Positions 7,195 through 17,440 of a DNA stretch of 64,000 nucleotides are shown one piece after another. How positions within the stretch are numbered: position 1 is the stretch's first letter; each line of letters opens with the position of its first letter. The stretch covers positions 748-64,747 of the forward strand of contig SBGO01000356.1 in assembly GCA_006226565.1 (NCBI GenBank), written 5' to 3'. This DNA comes from Deltaproteobacteria bacterium. Lineage in GTDB: Bacteria; Myxococcota_A; UBA9042; PHBI01. Below the pieces are notes generated by a model that was not told the DNA's origin, did not search any database, and saw only the letters and a program-made list of their open reading frames with translations. The position numbers and the translations under genes were made by a program.

Positions 7195-9174
7195 CTAATC
7201 ATTGTCGTCGTCCGGCCATAGACGCCTGGCGTCCACGACCACGACGCTGCGGCGTCTGCCGTGGATGGAACGCTGGACGCTGAACTTGCCGAGGCGGTGT
7301 TGCAGAAGAACACCGCTGTCACGCCAGTCGCGCATGAGTCCTTCGTACGCGAAGCCCTCCAGCAGCACGCGCTCGTGCAATGCGCGGGTCGGAAACGCGA
7401 CCCAGCCCTCCTCCTTGTGGTGCCATGCGATGATGTCGCGTTGCTCTGCGTTTGCTGTCCTGCTCGAGGCGTCCGCGACCTTGTGCGGATTCTCGTCGAC
7501 CCAGCTCGCGACGAGCTCGAGCCCCCGCGCGGCACCGCCGGCATCGTCAATGTCGTTGACGATGCTCGGCCATAGCGCGGTCCATGGCTCAGGGATCGTC
7601 CACCGGCCGTCCGAGTCATCGGGGAGGCTCAGCGCGCGCTCGGCGAGCCGCAGCGTCAGCTCCAGCACCGCCCGGTACCGGACCATGCGTGTTTCCTGAG
7701 AGGACTTCACGTTGGCGAGCAGCGACGACAGGATCTCTTCATACATCTCGGCCAACTCTGCGTCGCCAATCGTCATCATGTGCTGGACGAGGAGCGGCCC
7801 GGCGTGTCCGAAATTCGACTGGAGCGCCACCTCGACCTCAGCGATCAGACCGCGCGCAACCGGCACGTCGAGGCCGTCGAAGGGCGAGCCTTCGACCTCC
7901 ATCGTGCGGGTGCGCTCCCCGCCACCCTCGCTGAAGCTGACCGCAGGGGCTTCGCCCGTAGAGATGCACGTCGTCTGCCACGCGCCGGTCTGCCGCACCT
8001 GAGCGTCCGCGGTGCCTCGACCTCGGCCTCGCCCGTTGCCGATCGTCGACAACAGCGCCGGGACTGTCGTCTTGCCACGGGCGTCCTTCGTGTCGTCGAC
8101 GAACAGGGGAAGGTGCCGACGGCGGCCGATGGTCAGCTCAAGGTAGGTGTATGTGCTCGACCACGAGGTGACGAGAGAGTCCGGGCCCATGAACGGCTGC
8201 CCCCAGATCGACGCTGCGTAGCGAAGCGTCGTCGTCTTGCCCACCGAGGTCGTGCCGTGGAAGTCGACCACGAAGCTCGACGCACGAACGCCCAGGCGGA
8301 AGAGCAGCGGCGCCGCGAACGAAACGAGCAGCGCGAGCGTGATCCGCGGGAGGTACTTGACCCGATCGATCGCGTCGCGCCAGCGCCGGAACTCGCCCTC
8401 GGCCCGAAGCCCTTCGACCCAGCCATCCTCCGAAGTCGACTTCAGGCGGACCCAGCCTGCCGATGCCCATGTCGCGGGGTTCTTGTCATCGGGCTCGACG
8501 ATCGCACGCGGGCTGATGACCTTGTTTCCCCAGATGAAAGTCTCCCGATCAGCCCAGCCCATCGCGGTGGCTCCGCGAGCTGCGGGTAGCTCCGAAAGGT
8601 TGGCCTCCTCGTATGCACCGAGGAACTTGACGAGCCCGGCGGCGTTGTCGGTGCGAACCGGCAGCCCGTAGTCGGCGAGTTGCTTGATCAGTCGCGCATC
8701 GGCGAGGACGCTGCGGACCATGACCCGTTGCTGCCAGCCCGTCGCGCCACGCCACGCGAGCACCATGTGGTTGACGCCGGCATCGTCGACGACGCGGCCC
8801 AGCACCTGCACCGGGCACGACAGCACGGGGATCTCCTCGAACTCATAGCCCGCGGAAGGGTCGCCGTCTGTCGACTTCGATTTCGCCTCCCACCGAGCCA
8901 CGCCCCGGTCGCTGACTGCGTATCCCCTTGGCACGACGAGCTTGGGGGCCGGTGCGTCGGGGCATCCGCGTCCGACTCGGACGAGCGACCCATCCCCTAG
9001 ACCACCATCGCCCAAGGCCCCCGAGTACAGCTCGCGACGCGGCACGTTCTTCGCGTTCACGGTGCGATTTGCCATGGCGGCCGGCTTGACCCGGACAGCG
9101 TCCACGTCCGGCGTTGTCCGTTCCGTGTACGTGCCGTCCACAAAGCGATCGGCGTCGTCCCTACTGCTACTCAT
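7195..9174 (-). CDS. DUF927-like P-loop NTPase (phage/plasmid primase-associated helicase-like replication protein)
   Basis: Start MSSSRDDADRF at 9174 (8-nt overlap with upstream primase); Walker A GTTSVGKTT; architecture as in P4/PICI pri-rep modules. Confidence 0.7.
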   Translation of the reverse strand: MSSSRDDADRFVDGTYTERTTPDVDAVRVKPAAMANRTVNAKNVPRRELYSGALGDGGLGDGSLVRVGRGCPDAPAPKLVVPRGYAVSDRGVARWEAKSKSTDGDPSAGYEFEEIPVLSCPVQVLGRVVDDAGVNHMVLAWRGATGWQQRVMVRSVLADARLIKQLADYGLPVRTDNAAGLVKFLGAYEEANLSELPAARGATAMGWADRETFIWGNKVISPRAIVEPDDKNPATWASAGWVRLKSTSEDGWVEGLRAEGEFRRWRDAIDRVKYLPRITLALLVSFAAPLLFRLGVRASSFVVDFHGTTSVGKTTTLRYAASIWGQPFMGPDSLVTSWSSTYTYLELTIGRRRHLPLFVDDTKDARGKTTVPALLSTIGNGRGRGRGTADAQVRQTGAWQTTCISTGEAPAVSFSEGGGERTRTMEVEGSPFDGLDVPVARGLIAEVEVALQSNFGHAGPLLVQHMMTIGDAELAEMYEEILSSLLANVKSSQETRMVRYRAVLELTLRLAERALSLPDDSDGRWTIPEPWTALWPSIVNDIDDAGGAARGLELVASWVDENPHKVADASSRTANAEQRDIIAWHHKEEGWVAFPTRALHERVLLEGFAYEGLMRDWRDSGVLLQHRLGKFSVQRSIHGRRRSVVVVDARRLWPDDDND

Positions 9175-10264
9175 GACCCACCCCCGGTCGGGAGCGGTAC
9201 ACGTCGCAGCGCCGCCCAATCGTGTCGTAAATGCCTTTGAAGTAGCGCTCTCCCGCAGGATCGTTATCGGTGCGCACGACCACGCGCGAACCGCTCGGGA
9301 CGCGTGCGGCGATTTCGGGCGTCCACGAGCCGGCCACGATCCCGAAGACCGCCCACTCCGGCTGCGCGGCCCAGCAGAGGAAATCGATCTCGCCCTCCGC
9401 GATGGCGACATCGAGAGGCGCGGCGTCGTACTGCAAGACGATCCTCGCGCCCTCGTTCGCCATGACGGCCCCCTTCACGGTTGAGCCCCGAGGCGTCGGG
9501 CACTTCAGCCCGTGCGGCGGCGCGGCGTCGAGGCGGCACCAGCGTGCGCGCAGCGTCACCGGGCGCGGACCGCCTCCGTTCCGCGCGTCGTACACGTAGC
9601 CGGGCATGTACAACGGCACCATCAGGCGCCATCCGGTCCGGTGCCACGCGCGACCGGCGTGTTGAGCCCACGGGGGACGCAGGCCACGACGAAGGTCAAC
9701 GAGCGGTGCCCACGGCGGGAGCACCCGCGCCTCGTCCATCACCGTCAACTCGGCGAGCATTGCGTCGCTCACACCACGGCTGCGCAAGTAGGCGAGTACC
9801 TCGGTGTCGTCCCGGAGGGGCTGTCCGACCTGCCAGAGCGCGTCTACCTCAACGAGGGAGAGGCCACAGGGGGAGTCCGGATCGCGCGGTGCCGTCTCCC
9901 GCGGCTTCGCCCCTTGCACCTGCTTCGAGGCCGTCCACGGCGAATCCTGAAACGCCCTGCGACTCAACCCCATGAGATCGGCCGTGCGGCGTACGACCTG
10001 CTTGAAGTCGCGTCGGACATCCAGCCCATCCACGACGGCGACGAGGTCGAACGCGTCCCCACGGGCGTCGCAGCGGAAGCAGTACCATGTTCCTTCGTTC
10101 AAGCTGAACGTCGGTCGTCCGCCCTCCTTGCACTTCATGGGGCAGTAACCGCGCCAGTTCTCGCCGCGAGTGTTCACGAGCCGGACGCCGAGCGCCACGG
10201 CGAGCTCTCGGCAGTCGCAGTGTTCGCGCACCCGTCGCGCGTCGATGTCCGGACGGTCATTCAT
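9167..10264 (-). CDS. DNA primase, CHC2 zinc finger + toprim domain
   Basis: CHC2 motif YCPMKCKEGGRPTFSLNEGTWYCFRCDARGD; toprim VVVRTDNDPAGE. Confidence 0.8.
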   Translation of the reverse strand: MNDRPDIDARRVREHCDCRELAVALGVRLVNTRGENWRGYCPMKCKEGGRPTFSLNEGTWYCFRCDARGDAFDLVAVVDGLDVRRDFKQVVRRTADLMGLSRRAFQDSPWTASKQVQGAKPRETAPRDPDSPCGLSLVEVDALWQVGQPLRDDTEVLAYLRSRGVSDAMLAELTVMDEARVLPPWAPLVDLRRGLRPPWAQHAGRAWHRTGWRLMVPLYMPGYVYDARNGGGPRPVTLRARWCRLDAAPPHGLKCPTPRGSTVKGAVMANEGARIVLQYDAAPLDVAIAEGEIDFLCWAAQPEWAVFGIVAGSWTPEIAARVPSGSRVVVRTDNDPAGERYFKGIYDTIGRRCDVYRSRPGVGHE

Positions 10265-10273
10265 GAGGCACCG

Positions 10274-10468
10274 CTACTCGTCGCCGTGGGTGTAGGCCGC
10301 GCGGCGATGCGACTTCAGCCACTCCTGGACCTCGGTCGGGTCGAACCGCACGGCCCGCGGGCCGAGGTAGACGCAGGGGATGCGTCGACTCCGGACCCAC
10401 GAGTAGAGCGTCGTCACGCTCACACCCAGCCTCTTCGCCATCTCATCGTACCCGAGCAAGTCGTTCAT
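10274..10468 (-). CDS. AlpA-like HTH transcriptional regulator/excisionase family (64 aa)
   Basis: MAKRLGVSVTTLYSWVRSRRIPCVYLG HTH. Confidence 0.7.
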   Translation of the reverse strand: MNDLLGYDEMAKRLGVSVTTLYSWVRSRRIPCVYLGPRAVRFDPTEVQEWLKSHRRAAYTHGDE

Positions 10469-10802
10469 CGTTGAACCTCCTACAGCTCACGAGAACTAGC
10501 TGTACAAGCCGCCGACCGCTGGGTCACCGGGCGCTAAGTAGGCACTTGCCCTGAGGACCTAGCACCCACCAAGCAAGACCCCGCGCGCAAGACGGCGCTC
10601 AGAACGATGCACTGCGGCCTTGGCGATAGCGCGGGGCGGAGCGGTGGGGGGGCTTCGGCTCATGACGAGGGCGCCGAGGCCCCCGAGGCCGTTCGTGCAC
10701 AGGGACCCCTTGTGCGGGCTGCGTCTCGACCCGTCCCACCAATCACACCCTTGCGATACGCGTTCAAGCTCGACATCCTCGGTTCAGACCGAGGAGGAAC
10801 TC

Positions 10803-11861
10803 GTGGACAAGACCGGCGCAGACGACGCCCGCAGGCGTCTCGACGGGGCACAAGCGAGGCTAGATGCCGCTACCCGCCGGCGCTTGGCGCTCGAACTGTT
10901 CAACCACAGCACCGGAATCGGTGTGAAGGCAGAGGAGCTGGCAGCACGGGAATTCCCACTGACGCCGTGTCGGTCGTGGGACATACAGCATGCTTTCAGG
11001 TTCGCTGAGAGCGCCCGCAGCCGATTCATCGCCAGTGTGAAGGAATTCGAAGCCTCCAAGCGTCAGCTCGGCCGACTCGCGGGTGTCAAGCAATTGCTGG
11101 CCGATGTCGTGATGGACACCGAACCCGCGAGGGCCCACAGCGACGCCTGGACGACGGGGTGGCCGACGCTCAAGATCCACCACGCAGTCAAGCGGCTCCA
11201 ACATGAGTTGGCGAGGGTCGACTCCGAGGTCGTCGAAGCGGTGGCGTCACTGAACTGGCTCAACCATCGCGGCAACGTCGCGCGGCCGTTTGAGCCGGAT
11301 GTGGTGTTCCGCCGAGAGCTCGTGCGATGGCTCCTCGTCGTCCGCAGGGGACAGGCGATCGGGAGGGTCGACGCCTCGAAGCTGTGGAATACGCCCCCCC
11401 CGGCGGGCTTGGAGTCCGTCCCAACCTGGGCGGTCGCCGCGGAGACGAGCGTCGAGGACTTGGCGCGCCCCCACTGGCCTAGCCTGGCAACCGTCGATAG
11501 CGCTGGAGATATTCACCCGGAGTCGTTCAAGGCGATGCAGTACGAGGCTTTGAGGCGGCGCGTCGTCACCGAACAGCGACCTGGTGCATGGTTGACGCAG
11601 GAGGACGTGGCGTTGCTCCTCATCGCCGCGGACGTCGAGAAGGCGAGGCTGAGCGATGTATGCGAGGCTGTGCGACGCGAGTGGCGGGCCATCAAGGCGC
11701 GTGCATTCGAGGCCGAACAGACACCTGAGCGCATCAAGCCGCTGCTTCGCATCCAGCCCCGTCTGGAGCGCGGGCTGGCCAAGGAAAGTCGGAACCCGGT
11801 TCCTGATTCGCGCAATGGGACGGTGGGCATCGCAGCGGACACGTGTGCTGCCGAAGATTAG
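10803..11861 (+). CDS. Hypothetical protein (352 aa), first gene of a two-gene helicase module
   Basis: GTG start with GAGGAGGAA 5 nt upstream inside ORF 10620..11861; stop abuts ATG of next gene; lower GC3 than flanks. Confidence 0.5.
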   Translation: MDKTGADDARRRLDGAQARLDAATRRRLALELFNHSTGIGVKAEELAAREFPLTPCRSWDIQHAFRFAESARSRFIASVKEFEASKRQLGRLAGVKQLLADVVMDTEPARAHSDAWTTGWPTLKIHHAVKRLQHELARVDSEVVEAVASLNWLNHRGNVARPFEPDVVFRRELVRWLLVVRRGQAIGRVDASKLWNTPPPAGLESVPTWAVAAETSVEDLARPHWPSLATVDSAGDIHPESFKAMQYEALRRRVVTEQRPGAWLTQEDVALLLIAADVEKARLSDVCEAVRREWRAIKARAFEAEQTPERIKPLLRIQPRLERGLAKESRNPVPDSRNGTVGIAADTCAAED

Positions 11862-14507
11862 ATGCTGAGCGATTTCCAATACGACCCCGTCGAAGCCGCA
11901 AAACCCCTGCGCCCGTATCAGGTGGAAGCCGTCGCAGCGCTGTCCGCCGCGCTGGCGAACGACACGACGAGGCCGCAGCTCCTGCAGCTCGCGACGGGGG
12001 GCGGCAAGACCCGCGTGGCGAACGACATCGTGGCACGATGGATCCGCGAGCACGGTGGTCCCGTCCTGTGGATCACGAAGGATTGGCGGCTCCTGTACCA
12101 GGCTGCACGAGATGCCTCACGACGCCATCCTGGGCACATTCTGTACCGCATCGGGGGACGCCGGACCGCCTTGGGGGCACTTTCCGAGGTACCCCGCTGG
12201 TGGACTCCGACACGCAGCACCATCCTCTACTCGACATTCCAGACCGTGCTCCGCCGACTTGATGACGGGGTTCTGGACGGCGTGGCGCTTCTTGTCTGGG
12301 ACGAGTCGCATTGGGGCGAGAACGCGAAGGCAGGGAAGATTCTCACGCAGTGTGCGCGTCAGCGGCGCCCTGTTCTTGGCCTCACGGCAACAGCCCGATG
12401 GGATACGCGATACCACGTCGTCTATTCACGAAGCTTCTTTGACCTTGTCCGCGAAGGCTACCTCGCGCAGCCGGAGACGTGGCGGGTGCGGACGGGGCTA
12501 CGCTGGTCGCCCCGACTCTCGCCCGGTGACAGCGACTTTTCCAATGTATCCTTGCGGGTTCTCGCTGAATCAGCAGAGCGAAACGACGCGATCATCAGGA
12601 CGTACGCCGAGAACGCCGACGAGTTCCGGCGGACGATCGTCTTCGCCTGCAACATCGAGCACGCCAACGAACTCGCAGAACGGTTCTCCAGGGATGGCTT
12701 TGCGGCCCACGCCATCCACACGGAAAACGACGACGCAAAGAACAACGCAGCACTGGAGGGTTTCCGCAGAGGGCGAATCCACATCCTCGTCAACGTCGAG
12801 ATGTTGACGCACGGGGTCGACGTGCCAGATGCCAACACGATCTTCCTGTGCCGCCCGACCCGGAGCGACATCCTGTTCGCGCAGATGGTCGGGCGCGGAG
12901 CGCGCAGAGCCGAAGGCAAGACTCACTTCAACATCGTCGAGTTCACGGACAACCTCTCGAAGTACGGCGAGATCCTGCGGACAACCTCATTCTTCTTCGA
13001 TGGGGCCGGTTCAACATCCGCGGTGCCGCGTTTGCGTTCGCGCTCAGCGCCGCGCGTCTCGCAGCACGCGTTTGATCCGCGCGGCGCACCTCGCTGGATA
13101 CCAGACGACGACTCGTTGCCCGAGAGCTGCCGTGGCCTGTGGTACCGCGAAGGCCAGACCTTCGGGCTGGAGCTCGAACTGACCGAGAGCAGTGCGGCGA
13201 TTCCCAGGCCGCACACGGAGCGCTGGAGCGCCGTTGCCACTGCCCTGCTGGAGGCGCTTCGGCGCGCGATCGGCAGCGAGCTGGTCGCAGCCGCCGCGAC
13301 GCCTTGGTACGCGGGCGGTGGCTCCGGTGGCAAGGACTTCTCGGTCTGGAACGTCGAGTGGGACAGCTCTGCCGGGTGGGAGGTGACGAGCCGAATTCTG
13401 TCCGGCGAAGACGGGTTCATCGAGGTCGATGCTGCCTGCGCAGCGCTCGAAGAAGCGGCAGCGATCCACGGTGTACGCGTCAATTATCGGACTGGGACGC
13501 ACCTTCATCTCGGCTGGCGCCGTGACGACATCGGCGCCCTTCGGAATGCGATCAGGCTTGTGGGCTTGTTCGAGCCGGCGCTCGGAACGCTTGTGGCGCC
13601 GTCAAGGCTCGCGCGCTTTGCGGGCGGTGTCTACGACATCAGCACACCGAATCAGTACTGCCAGCCCGTCTCGAAGGCGGTGTCCGAGCACACGCTGCAG
13701 ACGTGCCATTCGGTCACAGAGCTGCTGCACGGGCTTTCGGACTATGGGCTACGATTCGCGACGTTCAACATCAAGCCTCTAGGGACGCACGGCACCGTCG
13801 AGGTGAGACTCCACAGCGGAACCATCGAGGCTCGCAAGGCGCTGGTATGGGTGAGCTTGTGGCAACAGCTCCTATGGGCGGCCGAGAACAAGACTGGAAT
13901 GCCAGAGTTGGAGTACAGGCAGGTCATAGTCCCCGACGCCGACATCATCGAGCTCGCGCGGGAGTGGCTCCCGGCCGCCATCCAGCCCCTGCAAGCGGCG
14001 TTCCTCGCGCGCGTCGCGCGGCGGCGGGCCGAGGTCGTTGACATGTGGCGGGCGCGTCCAGAGCTGGAGCCGTGGACGGGTTTCGCCGATTGCTGGCTCG
14101 AACTGGCCGTAGACGCGCACGGAGCCGAACCAGGAACGCTAGCCCCCCCGTTTCTCGATGCCGTATTCGACCTGCAGGTTCGGAGCGCCAATCATGGCAC
14201 ATGGCATGATGTCGCAGAGATGCTCGCCATGCTTGTTGTAGATGGCCTACTGGTTGAACCAGCGTTTCTTGAGGCTCCGCCGAACGGCCGTGCTGTCGTG
14301 ACTGCGCGAACGTCCGAGGGCATTGTCCCCGTGCTTCATGTGTGGGACCACCCAGTAGGAATGAAGTTCTGGGTGTACGCCACGCCACCGGGGGAAGATC
14401 TCGGACGGGGGCGTGCCGTCTACACCGAGGTCCGCGCTGCGGACCCATCGTGGTGGAGCCAACTGCTTCGGCTACTCAGCACCACACTCACGGAGGGCCC
14501 GGCGTAG
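11862..14507 (+). CDS. SF2 helicase (ResIII/DEAH-type: TGGGKT, DESH, helicase-C QMVGRGAR) fused to ~450-aa C-terminal domain of unknown function
   Basis: Helicase motifs I, II, VI read in translation; 881 aa. Confidence 0.8.
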   Translation: MLSDFQYDPVEAAKPLRPYQVEAVAALSAALANDTTRPQLLQLATGGGKTRVANDIVARWIREHGGPVLWITKDWRLLYQAARDASRRHPGHILYRIGGRRTALGALSEVPRWWTPTRSTILYSTFQTVLRRLDDGVLDGVALLVWDESHWGENAKAGKILTQCARQRRPVLGLTATARWDTRYHVVYSRSFFDLVREGYLAQPETWRVRTGLRWSPRLSPGDSDFSNVSLRVLAESAERNDAIIRTYAENADEFRRTIVFACNIEHANELAERFSRDGFAAHAIHTENDDAKNNAALEGFRRGRIHILVNVEMLTHGVDVPDANTIFLCRPTRSDILFAQMVGRGARRAEGKTHFNIVEFTDNLSKYGEILRTTSFFFDGAGSTSAVPRLRSRSAPRVSQHAFDPRGAPRWIPDDDSLPESCRGLWYREGQTFGLELELTESSAAIPRPHTERWSAVATALLEALRRAIGSELVAAAATPWYAGGGSGGKDFSVWNVEWDSSAGWEVTSRILSGEDGFIEVDAACAALEEAAAIHGVRVNYRTGTHLHLGWRRDDIGALRNAIRLVGLFEPALGTLVAPSRLARFAGGVYDISTPNQYCQPVSKAVSEHTLQTCHSVTELLHGLSDYGLRFATFNIKPLGTHGTVEVRLHSGTIEARKALVWVSLWQQLLWAAENKTGMPELEYRQVIVPDADIIELAREWLPAAIQPLQAAFLARVARRRAEVVDMWRARPELEPWTGFADCWLELAVDAHGAEPGTLAPPFLDAVFDLQVRSANHGTWHDVAEMLAMLVVDGLLVEPAFLEAPPNGRAVVTARTSEGIVPVLHVWDHPVGMKFWVYATPPGEDLGRGRAVYTEVRAADPSWWSQLLRLLSTTLTEGPA

Positions 14508-14606
14508 TCCATCTCTGGATCGCGATGCGGCGCGCAGTCATCGATCCCGAACACTGCGCGTGGAGCGAAGCCATGTTGAGCGGCAGAAGCGGCCCCACGA
14601 CGGGGG

Positions 14607-16205
14607 TCAAACTCGGGCTTCGCCACCTATTGTCGCAACGATGCGGCCCGCGAGAGCCTCGAACACGCTCGCGCTGGCGGGCGCGAATGATGCGTTCCCG
14701 CTGCCGGTTGGTCTGGTGATGACGCGCCCTGTCAAGCCATCGACTCCAATGACCTTCCGGCCGCTGCCGCCGAGTCGAATCTCGCTCGTGCCGTGGACGT
14801 AAGCCTTCCCAATCTGACGCCCCGAGCTCTCATCGTACACGGGGCTACCGGTGTCCACGCCGAAGGTCAGGTGGATTGCCCGATTTTCGACGAGCTGTTC
14901 GCCACGCGCAGACAGCTCGATACTGTCACCCCGAGCAACGAGTAGATCGCCGCGCACCAGTCCGTCGACCATGGCGTCGGCAGCTCGAGCAGACATCCCG
15001 AAAGCGGTCGAGGCAAGCTCGCGAATCTCGGCGCGGGAACGGCCGGTCGCGATCGCCGCATATGACGCCAACTGTTGCAGGGCTCCGACGAGGAACGGGC
15101 GCGCGTCCGCCGTCCCAGGGGGCAATCCCCCGGAGATCTGTGCCACGAGCTTCGCGTATTCCACCGTCCGATCGAAGAGGCCGCCGACGCACACCACACG
15201 GCGTAGCCCGCTGCGACGTCCAGCGCGCCCCGCACGCTGTAGGAACGAGGAAACCCCCGATGGTGCGTCGAAGAGCACGCAGGTATCCACATCCCCGATG
15301 TCGATTCCCACTTCGAGCGTCGTCGTCGCGACGACGAGCCCGACCCGTGCCTTCCGCAGGCGCTCCTCGACGGCCCGTCGTCCGCTGCTGGACAGCGATG
15401 CGTGATGAGCCATGCAATTCTCGCGAAGAAATCCTGTCGAGAGCCAGCCGCAGAGATCCTCGACGCGCCGCTTGCTTCTTGCGAAGCCGATCAACTTTCG
15501 GCTGCCAAGCTCGCGGAGGAAGTCGACAAACGCCTCTCCTCCCTCGCGTCCGGCCCGAACCCAATCGTAGTACGAGACATCCAGTCCCTGCTGGTCCCCA
15601 TCCTCGATGATGATTGGATCTCGCAAGAGCCGCGAGCGCGATGGCAAAGTGAGGTCAGGGATCGTCGCTGAGATACCTATCCTCCGCGCCTTCACCCCCG
15701 ACATGTCGAGGCGCGCTAGCAGCCCCGCGGTCTGAGTACCTCTCGGCCCCTTGAGGAAATCGTGTATTTCGTCGATGAGCACTTCGGTGATGTCGCTGAG
15801 TTCACCAGGACGGCGGCATAGGGTGATATCGAGCCCTTCGGGAGTGCGGATCAGGACGTCGGTCACTTCGTTGTCCCGCACGGTGTTCTTGTCAGACGTG
15901 GCGACGTCGAGCCGCAGCCCCAGTGCTTCGAGGACGGGCGCCATGCGTCGGTGAAGGTCGGACGCGAGGGCGCGCGTCGGAGAGAGTACCAGCGCGCGCG
16001 TCTTCCCCCCTTCGCGTGGCCGATCTAGCAATGCCTCGACCACTGGCAGGAAGGCAGCTTCAGTCTTGCCGCTCCCTGTCGATGCCGTGATCAAACCATC
16101 ACGGTCTGTCCGAAGGCGCTCCAGCGCTTTCTCCTGCACTGGTCGCATCTTTCCACCGAAGCGGCCGAAGAATGCACGCTGTATCCGCTCATGGTTCGCA
16201 GTCAC
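14607..16205 (-). CDS. DExH-box (Lhr/BrxHI-like) helicase
   Basis: Motif I ASTGSGKTEAA, II VLIDEIHDF, III SAT, VI QRAGRAGR; GTG at 16205 gives GTGA overlap with upstream gene; alternative ATG at 16148 has GGTGGA RBS. Confidence 0.75.
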   Translation of the reverse strand: MTANHERIQRAFFGRFGGKMRPVQEKALERLRTDRDGLITASTGSGKTEAAFLPVVEALLDRPREGGKTRALVLSPTRALASDLHRRMAPVLEALGLRLDVATSDKNTVRDNEVTDVLIRTPEGLDITLCRRPGELSDITEVLIDEIHDFLKGPRGTQTAGLLARLDMSGVKARRIGISATIPDLTLPSRSRLLRDPIIIEDGDQQGLDVSYYDWVRAGREGGEAFVDFLRELGSRKLIGFARSKRRVEDLCGWLSTGFLRENCMAHHASLSSSGRRAVEERLRKARVGLVVATTTLEVGIDIGDVDTCVLFDAPSGVSSFLQRAGRAGRRSGLRRVVCVGGLFDRTVEYAKLVAQISGGLPPGTADARPFLVGALQQLASYAAIATGRSRAEIRELASTAFGMSARAADAMVDGLVRGDLLVARGDSIELSARGEQLVENRAIHLTFGVDTGSPVYDESSGRQIGKAYVHGTSEIRLGGSGRKVIGVDGLTGRVITRPTGSGNASFAPASASVFEALAGRIVATIGGEARV

Positions 16206-17413
16206 CGCTTGCGGCCGCCGTGGTACCTTCGGTGATCCATCGCGGCAATCGCGTGCCGGACTATCTCGCGCGTCCCGTCGTTGACATGCTGCGACTTGAC
16301 TTCCTTGACGATCTCCTGGGCAGGAAACGCTACCTTGGTCCCATGTGCAGACTTGTACAAGTCGTGGATTTGACCGACGAGGGCTTCGATGCCGTGGTGA
16401 TCGAACGGGGTGAGCTGGAGCGGTGTGGCGCACACGTCTCGACTAATCGACCGTGCCAAGCCATAGGCGTGCGTGAAAGCCATGACAACGTGGATCCGTG
16501 ATGGGCTCTGCCCAAGATACCGCGGAGAGTAGGAATCGCGGTAGTGCTTGAGGCCACTCGTGTCCATGTTGCTCGCTGCCAGCGCCAAGCCGACCATGAC
16601 GTCCCAGGCCCGTCCAGCCCGATACGACGTACTCGCCCATTCGGTCCGCTCGGCCTCGTCGAGGATCATGACCAATCCTGGGACGCCGGCGTGTGCGAGT
16701 TCATGCGCCAGCCAGTTGATCTTATTCACCGCGTGGTTTGCCGCAGTCATCGCGTTGGGAACGTCTACATGCAAGTGGGCGGCAAGATCTGGTAAGTACT
16801 GAAAACCGAACCTCGCCCAGGTCACCGGAATGTCTCGCTGAAGACGGTCAAACCGCTTCATGATCGCATTCGGTCCGGGGAACTCACGGTAGACACTCTC
16901 GAGAAGGTCATTCTCGGCGGTGAAGTGAAAGCCGCCCCGGCGAAGCGCTCGCAGGAGAATTCCGAGCGCGTCTGAGCCCGCCAGCCTTCGGCCGTCAATG
17001 CGCACGGCGAATGCGCGAGGAAGGGCCATGACCAAGGATCTCGGGTGCTCGGCCGAATTGCTGGACGACCCCATCTCCAGTCGTATGACCGCGTAACCCT
17101 CTTCTTCGGCGCGCAGTGCCAATAGCTCGCACAGATGCGACTTGCCGCTACCGTACTGGCCGACAAGCACCTGGGTGGAGCCGCCGGGACTCCTGCGAAA
17201 GCCGTTGAGAAGTTGGGCGAGTTCAGCATCGCGACCGTATGTGGCGTGTCGGACAACGGCCCGATTCACCACGCCGGCACGCATGGCTTCGAGTGCGGCC
17301 CTCGCCTCGAAGCGACTCGCGAAATCTTCGGTCCTCTTGATGGAGTTCGCGAGCCTGGTTCTCTCCATCAGAAAAGAACGTAGGAGTTCCGCCATCTCAC
17401 GCCGGCCACTCAT
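16202..17413 (-). CDS. P-loop NTPase, BrxD-like (DUF2791-like) paralog B
   Basis: Walker A GQYGSGKSHL, Walker B LVMILDEAE; GGAGGCGAGAAGG RBS. Confidence 0.75.
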   Translation of the reverse strand: MSGRREMAELLRSFLMERTRLANSIKRTEDFASRFEARAALEAMRAGVVNRAVVRHATYGRDAELAQLLNGFRRSPGGSTQVLVGQYGSGKSHLCELLALRAEEEGYAVIRLEMGSSSNSAEHPRSLVMALPRAFAVRIDGRRLAGSDALGILLRALRRGGFHFTAENDLLESVYREFPGPNAIMKRFDRLQRDIPVTWARFGFQYLPDLAAHLHVDVPNAMTAANHAVNKINWLAHELAHAGVPGLVMILDEAERTEWASTSYRAGRAWDVMVGLALAASNMDTSGLKHYRDSYSPRYLGQSPSRIHVVMAFTHAYGLARSISRDVCATPLQLTPFDHHGIEALVGQIHDLYKSAHGTKVAFPAQEIVKEVKSQHVNDGTREIVRHAIAAMDHRRYHGGRKR

Positions 17414-17440
17414 GCCTTCTCGCCTCCGTCGTGGAGTTCG

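Noticed and set aside
6723-7619. 298-aa minus-strand ORF spanning the iteron region
   Set aside because: It overlaps the well-supported 3' end of the DUF927 gene in another frame and crosses an obviously non-coding repeat region. Its composition is S/T/R/P-rich.
9264-9671. Short ORFs within the primase/DUF927 overlap region and many 60-150-aa ORFs throughout the track
   Set aside because: They overlap well-supported genes in other frames and lack an RBS/start context and GC3 signature.
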